NCBI GenBank assembly: GCA_907165135.1
Contig: OU015567.1
Coordinates: forward strand, 2,108,001 to 2,172,000
Direction of reading: 5' to 3'
Source: Oikopleura dioica
Lineage: Eukaryota > Animalia > Chordata
Length of the DNA: 64,000 nucleotides
Below the pieces are notes generated by a model that was given only the letters and a program-made list of their open reading frames with translations, had not been told where the DNA came from and ran no database searches. Numbering within the stretch: position 1 is the first letter of the stretch; each line of letters opens with the position of its first letter. The position numbers and the translations under genes were made by a program. Below are positions 28,348-41,309 of this stretch, one piece after another.

Positions 28348-30325
28348 CGTGGTTCTTCTCCTCTTCTTATTATCTTTATTCTTCAAAGCTCTTTTCCGAT
28401 GATGTTTTCTCTAATTCCGGGGCTCTAGTTGCGGAGCTGGCGCGAGAGCGATTGATCGTAAATGAGCACGAAGCTACTTCAAACCTGCATCGACTCTAAA
28501 AAATGTTAACGAGCGCGAGAAACTCTTTTATGATTTCTCTGATCAAAGCAGTCAAAAAGCAGGAATGCTCGAATGTCAGAAGCTATTTGGATAAATCAGC
28601 TGATTCCTCGGAGGTTATTTCCTCTTGTCTTTCATCTCTTCCGGTTGAGTGAGCACGAACGGGCTTCCGGCACGAAATTTCGCCGCCTTGTACTGTGTTG
28701 TAATTGAGATTCGCCTGGCATGGCGAGTATTAAATTCTAATGCGCTAATTGAGAGACTGATTTGGGAAAATCCCTCTTTTTGGCGCCACGCCGGAAAATT
28801 GAGTCAAGAAAAAGGAAAAATCCTACTTTTGAAATCTTGCTGTTTTAAGTTGCATAGTTGATTGGAATTCTCTGAATTTTGGATTTTAATAATGAGGAAA
28901 AATTTGGTTTGTGGGCTTCTGTTTGTTTGCAAAACTTCAAATTCTCCGGTGATAATTGTCTTTGCTTTTCTCTTATGGCTTTTTCTTTTGGAATTGTTGG
29001 CCAGTTCCGAAGTTCAAACTCGTCACTTTTCACAAAAACAAATAGTCCCTCTCTTTTAAAATTTAGGATTCCTCAATCAAATGAGCCTGAAAAAAAAATG
29101 TTGAAAATGTTCAATCGTCTATTTTTTCTTCTTTCTTTTTAATCTTTTTGAAAGAAAAGTTCGAGCGCTGAGATGCGATTGCACGGCTTTGTTAAATATT
29201 CAGCATTGAAGCGACGCCAAGAAGTGGGACTTACCTCAAAAGTGAAAAGGCTTTTGTCCTACTCAAGTTATTTTTCGAAGGAGGTACATATTCTCTTCTC
29301 GATGATTCGTAGTTAGAATAACCGAAAAGTCCACTAAACTATTTTCCTCCTTGATTTCAATCTTCCCCGAAATGTCACCAGCTGTCATCATTACTAGAAA
29401 ATCACTATCCCTCGTTTCCGTCCATTTGTCCAAAAGGCACGCTTTCGGAAGCTCACTTCTTCCACCGGGAAATCCGCCGCGCGCCGATTTACGCCGATCG
29501 CTCATCATTTGCCCTTGCGTGAGAAACAATAAACATGTTTCGACTCTAATCATCGTTTTTTTGGCATTTTCACGATTTTACGACAGTTTAAAAAACGGTC
29601 AACTAAGATAAAATTGGCTGCTTCTGAGTCTGAAAATCTAAGATTCAAGATTGTTGTTAAAAAGCAGCAATCAAGCAGAATTATCGTCGTAAAAATGGAT
29701 TCATTTTCGACAATACTAAAGCATAGCAGACTAATTTTATTGGAATATGAAAAATGAAACTAAGAGTGAAAAATAAAAATTTTGATGCATCAAGCTACTG
29801 ATACAGAATAAAGTGATTGCCGCTTTTAAGGTCCTCTTCATTTGTTATTTTCAATCTTCCTGTCAAAATAAAGGTTGACTGGGAGTATAGATGATTTTTG
29901 ATGATTGACCCGAAAATATTAGCGTCACCAAGCGAGCATATATTATTTTTTGTCCCTGGAGGACCCCCCTACTTGAAGAATTTTCACTAGAAGAAGAATC
30001 TCTTTGCGGACCATTCCTGACTCGCCGAACTCCCTGGTCTCGTCCCCGGTCTTGTTCTTGGCTTTGGCTTCGGAGATTTGCAAGTCGACATGTATCTCAT
30101 TCTTATGCACTAGAAAAACTGACTCATCAATTGATTTTGATTTTTATTTTGACAGTGATCAATATATTTATCTGTTATATATTGATGATTCGCGATATTT
30201 TTAAAGGACAGGAAAAGATAAATAAATAAGGTATAAAAAAGAGTTATAAAAGAATTTTCACTCAATTGAGCAATCAATATTCGAAATCGTTTCAGATTTA
30301 GAATAGATTTTTTTCTGATAAAAAA

Positions 30326-31976
30326 CTAGACTTCATTAGTCCAGGCTGATTTGAGTTGACAATTCCAAAGGTCGGCTACTACCGGCTTATCGGGATCGTG
30401 AGCTTCAGGTTGAAGAGTGACGGAGAGAAAGCGTTTTTCAGATTTGACTGAAGCTACCGCGCGTTTAACTACGTCTTCGCAACTGTAATTGACAGTATCT
30501 AGAAAGGACAGTCCTTAGAATTTTGGACATTTCTTTTAATTTACTTATGACGACATGAGCGGTTAAAACCCACTGCTGAGGAGTTAACGCCCACGCATGC
30601 AGATCGTGTACTTTGAGAACCCCATCAACGGAGATATCCTTCTTGACTTGTTCCAAGTTGAGCCCTGCTGGCGAGCCCTCCATAATAAATCTGATCAAGT
30701 CTCTGGACAAAATAAGGGGGTTAAATATTCAGCGAGAAGAAGAACGACTCACTTGACTACTGAAAGAGTCGTCATCAGGGTGATGACGGAAAACATAAAT
30801 GTGCATATTGGATCGACGATCTTGTACTCGGGGTTGATGTAGATGACGATGGAGGCAATCAGTACTCCACAGCTCTAGAATTAGTAGAGTAATACGGGAG
30901 AAAAGATATACTGAAGAAACGAAAGTAGTCTACCTGTAATAAATCGCCGATGACATGAATGATGGCAGCACGAACATTAAGAGGCGTTTCGCCATCTCCA
31001 GAATGACTGTGGCCGTGACTAAAGTTCATTTAGAAACTACAGTAGTCAGATAAACTAACCTGTGAGTATGGCTCTTTTCACTCGAATCGCCGTGAGAATG
31101 ATCGTGTCCACCGGAAAGTCCGCCGTGCGTGTGGCCATGTCCACTGCCCCAGAGAACATAGAACATCCTGAAAGTTGTTGAAGCCAAAAGAGAATCGACT
31201 GGCTCAACTTACAGTATATTTACAAGAATGGCACAGGCGCTCAAACCGACCATAGTTGAGCTATGAATTTCAAAGTCCATCGTTCGTATCCTTTGAACTG
31301 CCGAATAACATAAAATTGCTTCGAAAAGATTCAAAAACTTTCATCACAGAAAACGCTCAAAAACAAGCTTGCTAGATAGAATCATGCCTGTAAGAATCCA
31401 AATGGCCTCGACAGATATCAGAGCTCCAAGAACTTCTGCCCTGTGCCATCCATATGTGAGAGTTTTCGTCTTAAATTGATCAAAATGAATAATGAATCCG
31501 CGCAATGCGACTTACAGGAGGCCGTTCCGCCAAGTGGATCGCCACCAAAGAGATGACAAAACTGCTCATGTCGGTTAAAAGATGCGCCGCATCCGTCAAA
31601 ATTGCCAAAGACCCCGAGTACATTCCACCAAGAAGCTCTAGAATCGTCAGTTTTCTCTTTCAGAGCTCATCTAATCTACCTGCGACAAAGAAGACTGCGC
31701 AAATGCCAGTAGCGATTATCAATTGTCTTCTCCCCCGATCTGGTTGAGGACCTGTTTTCCGACTCGAAGAATTTGTGTAGATTTTCCCGTCGACATCTTG
31801 CTCGAGGAGAGTGTCTGTGTATCTAGGAAAATTGTTTGTTTTTGTTCAAAAGAGGCGGAATTGACCATTTGAAACGATTTTTGTATATAAACTGTATATT
31901 TTTGATGTATTTACTGGTAGCTTTCCATTTGATAGTAATCCACGTCGATACCGTTTTGAAGCTTATATTCCATCAT
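30326..31976 (-). CDS. SLC30A2: CDF-family zinc transporter, ZnT2/3/8-like (SLC30A)
   Basis: [26 protein letters not shown], His-rich loop, [39 protein letters not shown]. The HD/HD zinc site is intact. Confidence 0.9.
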
Positions 31977-33816
31977 TCTGAAAGCGAAAAGAATTATGTT
32001 CGAGTTTTCTCAACTTCTCTAAAAAATAAAAAAAAACTATCGAAAATTTTCCCTCTTTTTCGCCGCAGCTGAAGATTAAAATTATCTTTCTCGGCTGATA
32101 AAAGAGAAAAGGCTTAGATTCTTGAGGCCTCCCTTTCAACCTCTTTTTTTCTGTTTGTTTGATTCAGCAGAAAATGGATGCGACTAAGTATTGTCTTAGT
32201 ATCGGTGAGTGGCAGTATCAATAATGCAAAATAATTTTGCGGTTATTAGTTAACCAGTCGGAAAAGGATTATTTCTTCCTGACTGAAGGCAAAGTGTTCC
32301 CGAGAGACACACTTATTGTAATTGCTCTCAATCGGTACCAATTTTGCGGTAATATCGCGTCGGAGGATTTGGACACGAGTATCCAATACTAATCAAAATA
32401 TGGCCAAGTTCGAACATTCATTTTTAATATTGAGAAAAGTAATTTAGTAGTCAGAGCTGGAAAGAAATCAAAAAATAATTTATTTGCAGAAGCTAAAAAT
32501 TTACAGCGTGTTTTTTTTCAAACTAAAACCAATTTACCGTATAAACAGAAACGAAAAACAAAAACAAAATATCTGAGAAGTCTTCCTTGATTTCAATTTT
32601 TTTTGCTTGAAGCTTCATTTTCGTGTTTTTTTCTCTTTTTTCCGTCTCTCTTTTGGCGTTGATTGTTTAGATCTCGAGAAAGTTAAACGGGCTGCCTTGT
32701 GTCGGCTATAATTTTTGCATATAACAATCCAAAAGTCTATGCATTTTTAAACTAGAACCTGTTTTGGCGCCACCTGCGCGAAAAAAAAATCGTCTCTATT
32801 TTCTTTACATTCCTCCAGATATATTGTTATTGACTTGGCGGCAAGTGTTATTTGCAAATAATTCAATATATTTGTACCGCGAATAAAATATGAGTTCGCT
32901 TCTTTTAATTTAATCTTCAACTTGAGGTCCTTCGTGTCCTATTTTGGACCATTTTTCAGCTCAAGAAAAGTCTCTTTTGTGTGATTTTTTCAGTGAAAAT
33001 GGATTGAAAGACCCTCTTCTTTTTTAAAAATGGACTTCTTTGCCGACCCCTTATTTTGCGGCTAAAATATTAAACTTGCAAAATGCAATGATTTTCTATT
33101 CTCCATGCACTGATCTGGATAAGTGCCGAATCATGAAGGCGATCATCTGTTGTAAAGAGCGATTGCGATATGCGCAGATTCCGACAACTTCTCCGCCGAT
33201 TATCTTCTATTTCGACGCCATCAATTATTCAAAGAGAGCTCCAGGCTCATTTTCAAATGGATAACTTCGGACAAAAATAAGGATACAAATTAAAGTACAG
33301 ATATCTAGGTCAATAACTTATTGACAATAACTTATTGACAATAAGGGTCTTAGGCTTGTATGAACTTTGTTATAACATCTATTAAGACATAATCAATGGG
33401 TCACCTAAAGATACCCCAAAGTCTTCGTTGATTTCACTTGCAAGCTAAAGCTGAAGTACTTACTCATAATAGCTGTCATCAGAATTGGAAAACGACTCCG
33501 CACTGGTCATCTCTGTGAAAATGCCAGACTTTTCTCATTATGCCTCCCTTTTTTACTCTCTCGGAAGGGAGAAATTATTCAAACTTTAATCGGCCACCAA
33601 ATGGCACCAACAGCCCCAGGCCCAAGAAAATAGAAGATCTTTCTTAGTTTCAACTAAACATATGTTATCCCATTATTTTATTAGAGCATTCGTTAAATGA
33701 TTGTCGGATGCAGATGATCAATAAATATTTTTTGCATAGCTTAGCGACGAGGGCAAATACGACTCTTGCCAATGTGTACTTACGCGTTAAAACCCGCGTG
33801 AAATTACGAAGAGAAA

Positions 33817-35090
33817 ATGAATGAAAACAAAGTTTATCCGGTTCCGCCTCAGAGCAGGTATGATTTCGAATCGAAAGTGATCTTCATTTTTATCAGCGTT
33901 ATGAAAACCTACGACGATGACGGAAAGCTTGTCTCAGAAGTGCCTGTAACTTACGGCGCCCAAACGTTACCAGGATACCACTGGGACGAAGTTTCTCGGT
34001 TTTCTTCAAGTTCTGATGATTCATCTACTCCGCCAAATTACTACAGTAGCCATGGCGGTGCTGCGGCTACTGTTGGTTACATACAAAGCAATATGCACAA
34101 TCCAATTTCGCGGCGAAATTTCATCATCAAAGTTCTATTGACAGTTAGCGCCATGGTCTCAGTTATGGTCGGAATGACCTTTTGGTTTTTATACGATTAC
34201 AATGTTGGCTGCACTTTGACTTCAGAGTGGTACTTGTACTATGTCTTTACGCTTCTTGTCCCGCTAGTTGGGTTGGTTATTTTTTGCTCAGATACGCTAA
34301 CGAGAAGGTGGCCATTGAATCTCTTTGTGCTGATTTTCTGGACTTTTATCATGTCAGCCGGCTATGCTTTTCTAGCGAATCTTTGGGCGGTCAACAGTTC
34401 AACTGGAAATACCGCTATTTGCAAAACAGCTTTTTGCTGTAGTGTTTCTTTGGATAAGCCTAACTGTATACATTCATTAGGCCAAGAGTTTTATCAAGAA
34501 AGTGCCGCAATTTGCAGCGCAAATGCTGCTGGTAATTAAGGAAAGATCAAAAAAATAATCTGATTATTTCTCAGGTACTATGGGAATTTCTCTTGGGGTC
34601 GTTGTTGCAGTTCTGCTTATTGGAGTTTGCTTAGCTCTTGCTGGAATAGGTAAAACCGGTATTGCTTTCGGAAAGTACGCTTTTCATTCAGATTTATTTA
34701 ACATCAGTACCCTCCTTACTGTCATTTTCCTACTTCTTCTTCTACCATGTGGATTTCTTGGCTATTTCTTATTGCCTTATGATTGGTACTTTGGCTTTGT
34801 CTGGTAAGAATCAAGTTTTACGCCACTCTCCATTAATTTATCAACAAAGTGCTTTGATGATTTACACGGCTACGATTGGAATATGGACATCAATACGCCT
34901 GATGATCGACCCTTATTCCGGCTTCCACCCGGATGAGTGGGTCAGAGCATCAATGTATATTTTTCATCTGGGACGGTCTTCTAATTTATTTCAAAAAGAT
35001 GATATCGAAAGAGCTATTAAATTAAAGAGACCTTAAAAGATTGGAAACTTGTTCACATATATGACTGGTTGTATCGGCCTTTGTGATTGA
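33817..35090 (+). CDS. Divergent TMBIM/lifeguard (Bax-inhibitor-1 superfamily) multipass membrane protein
   Basis: Pro/Tyr-rich N-tail, RRNFIIKV, RRWPLNLFVL, HPDEWVRAS, IFHLIGNLF (equivalent of LYLDIINLF). Introns near 33857, 34533, 34804 and a GG-AG intron 34971-35039. Confidence 0.75.
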
Positions 35091-35315
35091 ATCGTTTTTT
35101 AAAAAATATTTTTGTAAAATAAACTTCGATAAACCATTTCTTCTTTTTTATTAAAGATCATCTCAATTTCAACAGACCTTATCGGTATATCCTTCACCGG
35201 ACACGAATTCTTAACTCGTCAGAATGTCACGTTCCAAAAAGAACACGCGTAAAAAGCTCATTATCGACAAACAATCCTTATCTCGAAATCTTTTTCAAAG
35301 AAGAAAGAACAAATT

Positions 35316-36690
35316 TTATTCAGTGTCAAGGCATCTAGGGCAGCGATCACAGTAACAAGAATAATTGCACTGTTCGCATTTCGACTTGTAGGTTTCGCAC
35401 GTGACCAGATTTTCCAAGTTAGCGGCCTCGAATCTGAATTTTTAAATTATTAACTTCTCAATACACGGGCGCGCGACTAAGCGCTCAATACACGGGGTCC
35501 AATTATTGGACCACAATGCATTATCCAGCCCCGCGCGGCGCGCCAAATTCAGAGTGTGAAAAACAGCGCTCAGGACTTTTGGCTCTAATTGACGTTTCCG
35601 TCGGGTAAAAAAGCTCGTGAATATATTGCTAGAAAGCTTGAACCCTCTTCTATAAATGTAAACAATTGTAAATCGAAAAATCCGTTCCGATTTTTCACCA
35701 GAGAGCGAAAGAGAAATCTGGCGCAAAACGCCACCACTTTTGAGTTTTCATTCGAAACTTCACAGAGTGGTTCGTTTTTGTCTTGTCAGCTCACATTACA
35801 TAATTCAGGTCAAACAGATAACAACAACGGGAATTACAGGGGGTCAAAGTCGCCGTGGTCCAATGATTGGACCACGTGCATTGAGAAGTTAAGAATGAAG
35901 CTGAAATTCTTCAAACTTTTGAATTCTGAAAACAAGAGTTTTGAATCGTCCGTTTCCTCGAATGTATTTTTGGTCGATTTCGCAGTTTTCATCGCAGGAA
36001 GAAACTTGTGATCTGAGATGATTAAGCTGGGCATCGCATTTTTCTAGCGACTCGAAGCAGTTGTTGTACGCTTCTTTGTATTCTTCGTAGTGTTTCAGCC
36101 CAAGATCTAGTAATTTGACGACCTTACTTTCAAGAAAACGAGCTTACCGTATTTGGCCATAAGCATTTCATACTGTAATGGTTTTTAAGAAAAAATTTTC
36201 TAGAGACAAAAATAAAGAAAAGTTATCATGGGCAGGAGAAGCGGTAAAATGGCGAAAACACTGATAACAACTGATAAAATAAGCATTGAAGCGTCTTCTG
36301 AAACGTTTTCGCGTCTCAATAATTCTTGCGCCAGTTTTTATCGCTAAATAAATTACAGCGAAAATACTTGATTAAATCAAGGGAGATCATAATTGAACGC
36401 AATTTTCTAGACAGAAATGTGGGGTTCTCGTAGAAACGAAACATTTTAAAATTGCTCTTATCGTTTATATACCCTTAATTTTTTCGTTAAAAACCGTGTT
36501 CCTGTTGAGAAATCGCCCAAGAATTCTCAATCGCTGTCTTTAATCCCGGTTGTCATTTGAGCTCTAGAACCAGCTCTAGAAAACGTGTCGACCGGAGCCT
36601 GAAATTCCTCGTTCAGTTTTTGATTTTCCTCGGCGAGCTTCTTGTACTCGGATTTGATACATTCCGCATCGCTTCCGCAGGTTTTCAAGG
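35316..36690 (-). CDS. Multi-exon gene of unknown function, helical region plus a Cys-rich last exon (partial model)
   Basis: Open exon VVKLLDLGLKHYEEYKEAYNNCFESLEKC... (~35960-36120). Last exon ...CETYKSKCEQCNYSCYCDRCPRCLDTE* stops at 35316. Upstream exons unresolved. Confidence 0.45.
35454..35888. mobile_element. MITE flanked by TTAA (or TA), inside an intron of the minus-strand gene
   Basis: TTAA|CTTCTCAATACACG...CGTGCATTGAGAAG|TTAA. Each end carries a GGTCCAATnATTGGACC palindrome. Confidence 0.65.
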
Positions 36691-37880
36691 GAACTTTTTA
36701 AACTCAGAAAAAGAACGAATATCTAAGTGAAAAGCCGAAAATCTCGCCTCTCGAGAAATTTTATCGCATTTCTAAAATGAGCCATCTTTGGCGAACTGCT
36801 GCGATTTCCTGAATTTAGGTTGATCCCGGGATCGTATTTGATTTCATTATTCGGATAATAACGGCTCGAGATTTATGATTATGCATTCGTTATGGTGGAG
36901 CCTTAAATTTCCGGAAGAAGATAAATTCAATTTATTTTGATAAATTCAGGTAGTTCAAATCATTTCCAAAAAACTATATCAAAAAAAAATCCTTGAAAAC
37001 CAAGCCTAGAATATCGAGCAACGTCAAAAGTCTGGGCTCAGAAACCTGTCTAAAAGCCTGACTCAGGCCCTGAGTCTCAGAGTCCTCAAAGAACCTGAAA
37101 AAAAGGCGCTTCTTTCGGCTCAAAAGTACCAGTAGTGGGTTTTCTCATTTAAAAAACGGTTTTTAGGACCCTGAGTCAGAGTTCAACACAGGTTGCTGAG
37201 CCCAGTCAGACATCCACGGCGTAATACAGTCAGTTCTGCAGACAGGGCAGTCGCACTTTTTGCATTCTTGGCACTTTTGCTCATAGCATCGTCTTAATCA
37301 TCGTTTTAACACCCTTTTTTAAAAGTACAAAACTAACCGTTGCCCAGAAGATCTCATCGAACTCAAACTCGTTGACAGTCCAAAACGTTGCTCGCAACGT
37401 TCTTGCAAGCTAAAATTCAAAATGTTTGAAAGCCACTTTTTAAAAACATCGAAAAGCTAAAAAGACAAGATCGTCTTTCTCGCTTTTGACAATGTAATTA
37501 TATACCAAGAGTGGATTTTTCGCGGTAGAAGATTCGTTTGTTCGTGACATCTGCGCACCATTCCTAAATTTTATCTTTTTAGAAAAAAATTCTAGCGGCG
37601 CTAGAAAAATACAAAAAAACCAAAAGACGGTTTCTAAAAAATCAGAAGAATTTTTTAGGTGCATCACCAACTGGATTGGATTTCTTAAAAGTCTCGAGTG
37701 TGAAATTCTTTAACCGCAGCAATTATAAACGCATCGCAAATCCGAAAACGCTTTAGATCTGATATTTATTGAGTCATCTTTCAAAATCCGCCAATTTTCC
37801 TCTCGACAGCTTGCGAAGAAAACCTGAGTCAGGGCTCGAAAGACCTGAATTAAAAGACCATTCAGAGTCAGGTTTTAGAT

Positions 37881-38418
37881 CCTGACTCAGGTTTTCAGAC
37901 CCTGACCCAGGTTTTTAGACCCTGACTCAGGTTTTATGACCCTGACTCTGGTTTTTAGACCCTGACTCAGGTTTTCAGACCCTGACTCAGGTTTTAGATC
38001 CTGACTCAGGTTTTCTGACCCTGACTCTTGTTTTTAGACCCTGACTCAGGTTTTCAGACCCTGACTCAGGTTTTTAGACACTGACTTAGGTTTTCAGACC
38101 CTGACTCAGGTTTTTAGAGCCTGACTCAGGATTTCAGACCCTGACTCAGGATTTCAGACCCTGACTCAGGTTTTAGATCCTGACTCAGGTTTTCTGACCC
38201 TGACTCTTGTTTTTAGACCCTGACTCAGGATTTCAGACCCTGAGTCAGGTTTTTAGACACTGACTTAGGTTTTCAGACCCTGACTCAGGTTTTTAGAGCC
38301 TGACTCAGGATTTCAGACCCTGACTCAGGATTTCAGACCCTGACTCAGGTTTTTAGACACTGACTTAGGTTTTTAGACCCTGACTCAGGTTTTCTGCTCC
38401 TGACACAGGTTTCAAAGC
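37881..38418. repeat. Minisatellite of ~27 x 20-bp units (CCTGACTCAGGTTTT(C/T)AGAC) with a 9-mer, 179-bp higher-order repeat
   Basis: Units counted by eye. Variant order of 37981-38159 is repeated at 38160-38338. Scattered related copies at ~37030-37200 and ~37820. Confidence 0.95.
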
Positions 38419-39113
38419 ATGCGACTGGCACGCGATAAATGCATATGTTCACTTGGAAAGCGGATTTCTATCACACGCTTGTAGTAAATAGCGATATTCT
38501 AGCCCTCCTTTATCAACCCGTTTACGTTGGTAATTTTATCGCGAACACGTTTTTGCCGCAGTCCGGCCCCTTGGAATTAACAAAAAAAGAAAACCGAAAT
38601 CATGACTTTAGAAAACACCACGGAGGACAATGCGTAAGGGCCCCGAACGCTAGAATTACTAGTTTTTTAAGGAGAAAAGTGGAAATTTACCTGAGCAGCT
38701 TTTGTAATGATCTTCCATTTCGTGGAGCTGGATGGTCAGGTTTCCGACGACTGGAAGCATTTCGTTGTATTTTTGAGAAAAGTAGCGAGCTTGATCCTTG
38801 AAAGAAGAAGAATTAATATTTTGACACCCTTAAATTTTATCTTTTTGAAGCGATTCATGATTCTAGTGAGCTTTCTAAACACCGCGAACCCGAATTCCTG
38901 GACTGGCGTAATCATAATCGCTAACACAAATACGGTCATCTTTAATCCCGGCTTCAGAGATAAACCAGATCTCCAAGCTCACCGCAAAAATATGAAGATT
39001 CGATGGATTAAGGGGACACGTCCGAGTCACCCTTTCGAGGAAGTACTTTTTCGTTGAAAAAATAATTAAGAAACGAAGTAAAAATGATTCATAAGCCGAT
39101 CAATCAGGGTTCT

Positions 39114-39290
39114 TTATTCCAGCTGCAGTGAGTTCTTGAAACTGTTGTGTAAAGCCTTAATTACCTCAAACTCAAATTTTCGTTTGTATTTTCCTCTGAT
39201 TACTCTGTCAAACTGCGCCAATTTCGGGTGGAAGCAAGTTTCCTCTTTTGCTTGGGCAAAGATTGCTAGAAGTCCGAAGGAAAGCTTCAT
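39114..39290 (-). CDS. Small secreted protein, first exon(s) only
   Basis: MKLSFGLLAIFAQA signal-like start. Downstream exons unresolved. Confidence 0.35.
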   Translation of the reverse strand: MKLSFGLLAIFAQAKEETCFHPKLAQFDRVIRGKYKRKFEFEVIKALHNSFKNSLQLE

Positions 39291-39460
39291 TGTTTTTTTT
39301 TCTCTAGGAAAAAATCTCAGTTGCGATGAACTACAAGATTCTGCCCTGATTGACAATTTTCAATTGTTTACAAAAGAACTTAAATTCACAAACAGAGGGA
39401 ATTCCAGCCTCTCCCTGGCCAAAGTCAACAAGAGCCCCTTTTTCTCCTTTATCAGGTTTT

Positions 39461-40635
39461 TTATTCCTCGAAATTTCGAACAGAAAAATCTTCTTCACGA
39501 TTTCTTGATCTGCATCTTCCTCTGCCTCCTCTTCCTCGATGATGAGGTCTTCCATGGTGCGGGGGTCCTCCGTGCGGCCCTCCCCAGTGGTGGGGATGTC
39601 CTCTTCGATGATGAGGGGGTCCTCCACGGTGGTGAGGAGGGCCTCCTCGATGATGGGGAGGACCAGGAGGTCCATGATAGTAAGGGAAATGCCCTTGCCC
39701 TTCCGGCCCGTGGCGGTAATCCATCATCGTTTGTTGTAACATCTGATTGTATTCAATTTGGTCATCGTGAGTTGGAGGGCAGATTTGCGCTCCGGGAGGA
39801 GGATTCTTGAGAAGAGGGGTTTTTTTCTTTGACTTTCTGCCATCTTGAGTAGCGGTTTCATAGGATGGTGGTGGTGGAATCGAGGAGTCAATTGAGTTGG
39901 CCTTTGTTTCGTTCAAATTATCGGATTTCTGGAGGGAGCCGCTATTTTCGTCGTTCTTTTTATGGTTTTTACAAATGCATTTTATGGGGTTCGATGTGTA
40001 AATATAGCATTTTTGCTAACCCAGGCCTTTGTGGTTGATTTCAAATCAGATTTTTGAGCTTCAACTTCTTTTTCAGCGTTTTTTTGTTTTTCGCTTTTTT
40101 CCTCTTTTTGTTTCTTTTTTGGTTTTTCGTCCGATTTCTCGGCTTTTGACTGTTTCTTCTCAGTTTTCTTGGCCTTTTGCTTTTTCGGCTCTTCGTTTTT
40201 TGATTTTTCAGCTTTCGGCTTTTCAGAGTTGGTTGTTTGTAGAGTTGCTTCTTTTTCCTTGATCATGGCATTTTTCTTTTTGATGAATTCTTCTGATTTG
40301 TGGTAGAAAACGGATTTGTTTTGATTGAGAGTTTTGGAGTCGAGAGGTGATTGAACTTGAAGGGTGATATCTGCTTCTAGTTTTCGGAATTCGTTTTCAC
40401 TAATAAAAAGTATTTTTTGTTTATTAAAAATGAGGAACCTGAGTCCAAACGTCGTGAGTAACAGTCCAATCGTGCTCAGAATCGGGGTGAATTCTTCTTT
40501 TCCTCGAAAGAACAAGTCGTCTCCTTCGATATCCGGAAATTCGAATCCTTCTTGGTCTTCGATGAAGAATTCGTCGAGGATTTCACGGAAAGATCGGGCT
40601 TTTTCGAATGGCATTTGGTTTTTGTTGAAGATCAT
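39461..40635 (-). CDS. Probable single-pass membrane protein with Lys/Glu-rich linker, PPxY motif and His/Gly/Pro-rich tail
   Basis: ORF 39982..40635 can splice in phase 0 (TGG|GTTAGC...CTCCAG|AAA) into ORF 39461..39916. Hydrophobic ILSTIGLLLTTFGLRFLIF, PPPPSY, (GGPPHHR)n. Confidence 0.5.
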
Positions 40636-40699
40636 TTCTCGTAAAAATTGTCTTTATAAAGAATACTCAAAAAGATAATTAAAATTTAGTCATTCAAGG

Positions 40700-41309
40700 T
40701 CAATTTCGTGCTTTTTGATATCCTTTCCTTAATTTTCCCAATCTCGTCTGATTTGGAGCATTTTTCGCCCCCTCGGAATTCAAATTCTGCGCTTTTTGAG
40801 CATGAGCGTATAGCTGCGTCTTGAAAACCTGGTAAGACTCGATTTTTCCTTTCAAAAACTGGCCAGCGAATTCCTTGGGCGCGTGTTTTCCCAGAAGAGT
40901 TCTTCCAGCTGCCATGGCGGATCGGATTTTGTCAGAGTTGACAAAGTAATGGGTCATTCGGGCTTCAAGGTATGCTCGTGAGTCGGCTGATGTCAAATAC
41001 TGAACACATGATTTTTCATCAAACCCTAGCCTTTACCTGAAAATATTCTTCTTTCGTATGATCATCAGCTTTTCGAAACGCTTTTTTCTCGACCAACTGC
41101 TCCAACTCCTCGACCGAGCCCGGAATTCCAAAATCATCATTCGCAACTTCGGGGTGTTTTGCATCTGGAACCGTCCATTTCCACGGATATTTTCGAAAGT
41201 AATCTTCCTCCCCGATCGATAGCGCGTCAAGTTCCTTCTCTAAGTTTTGAAAGAAACTGTCGAGATTCCAGTTTGAGGGATTTCCCTCGAGTTTCTTCAG
41301 CTTACTCAT
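40700..41309 (-). CDS. Two-exon protein of unknown function
   Basis: MSKLKK... ORF with a donor after EEYFQ and a second open exon 40700-40996. Confidence 0.5.

Noticed and set aside
33309-33345. Palindromic 14-bp tandem repeat (CAATAACTTATTGA x2.5)
   Set aside because: Too short, with no TIR/TSD context; probably slippage or a MITE fragment.
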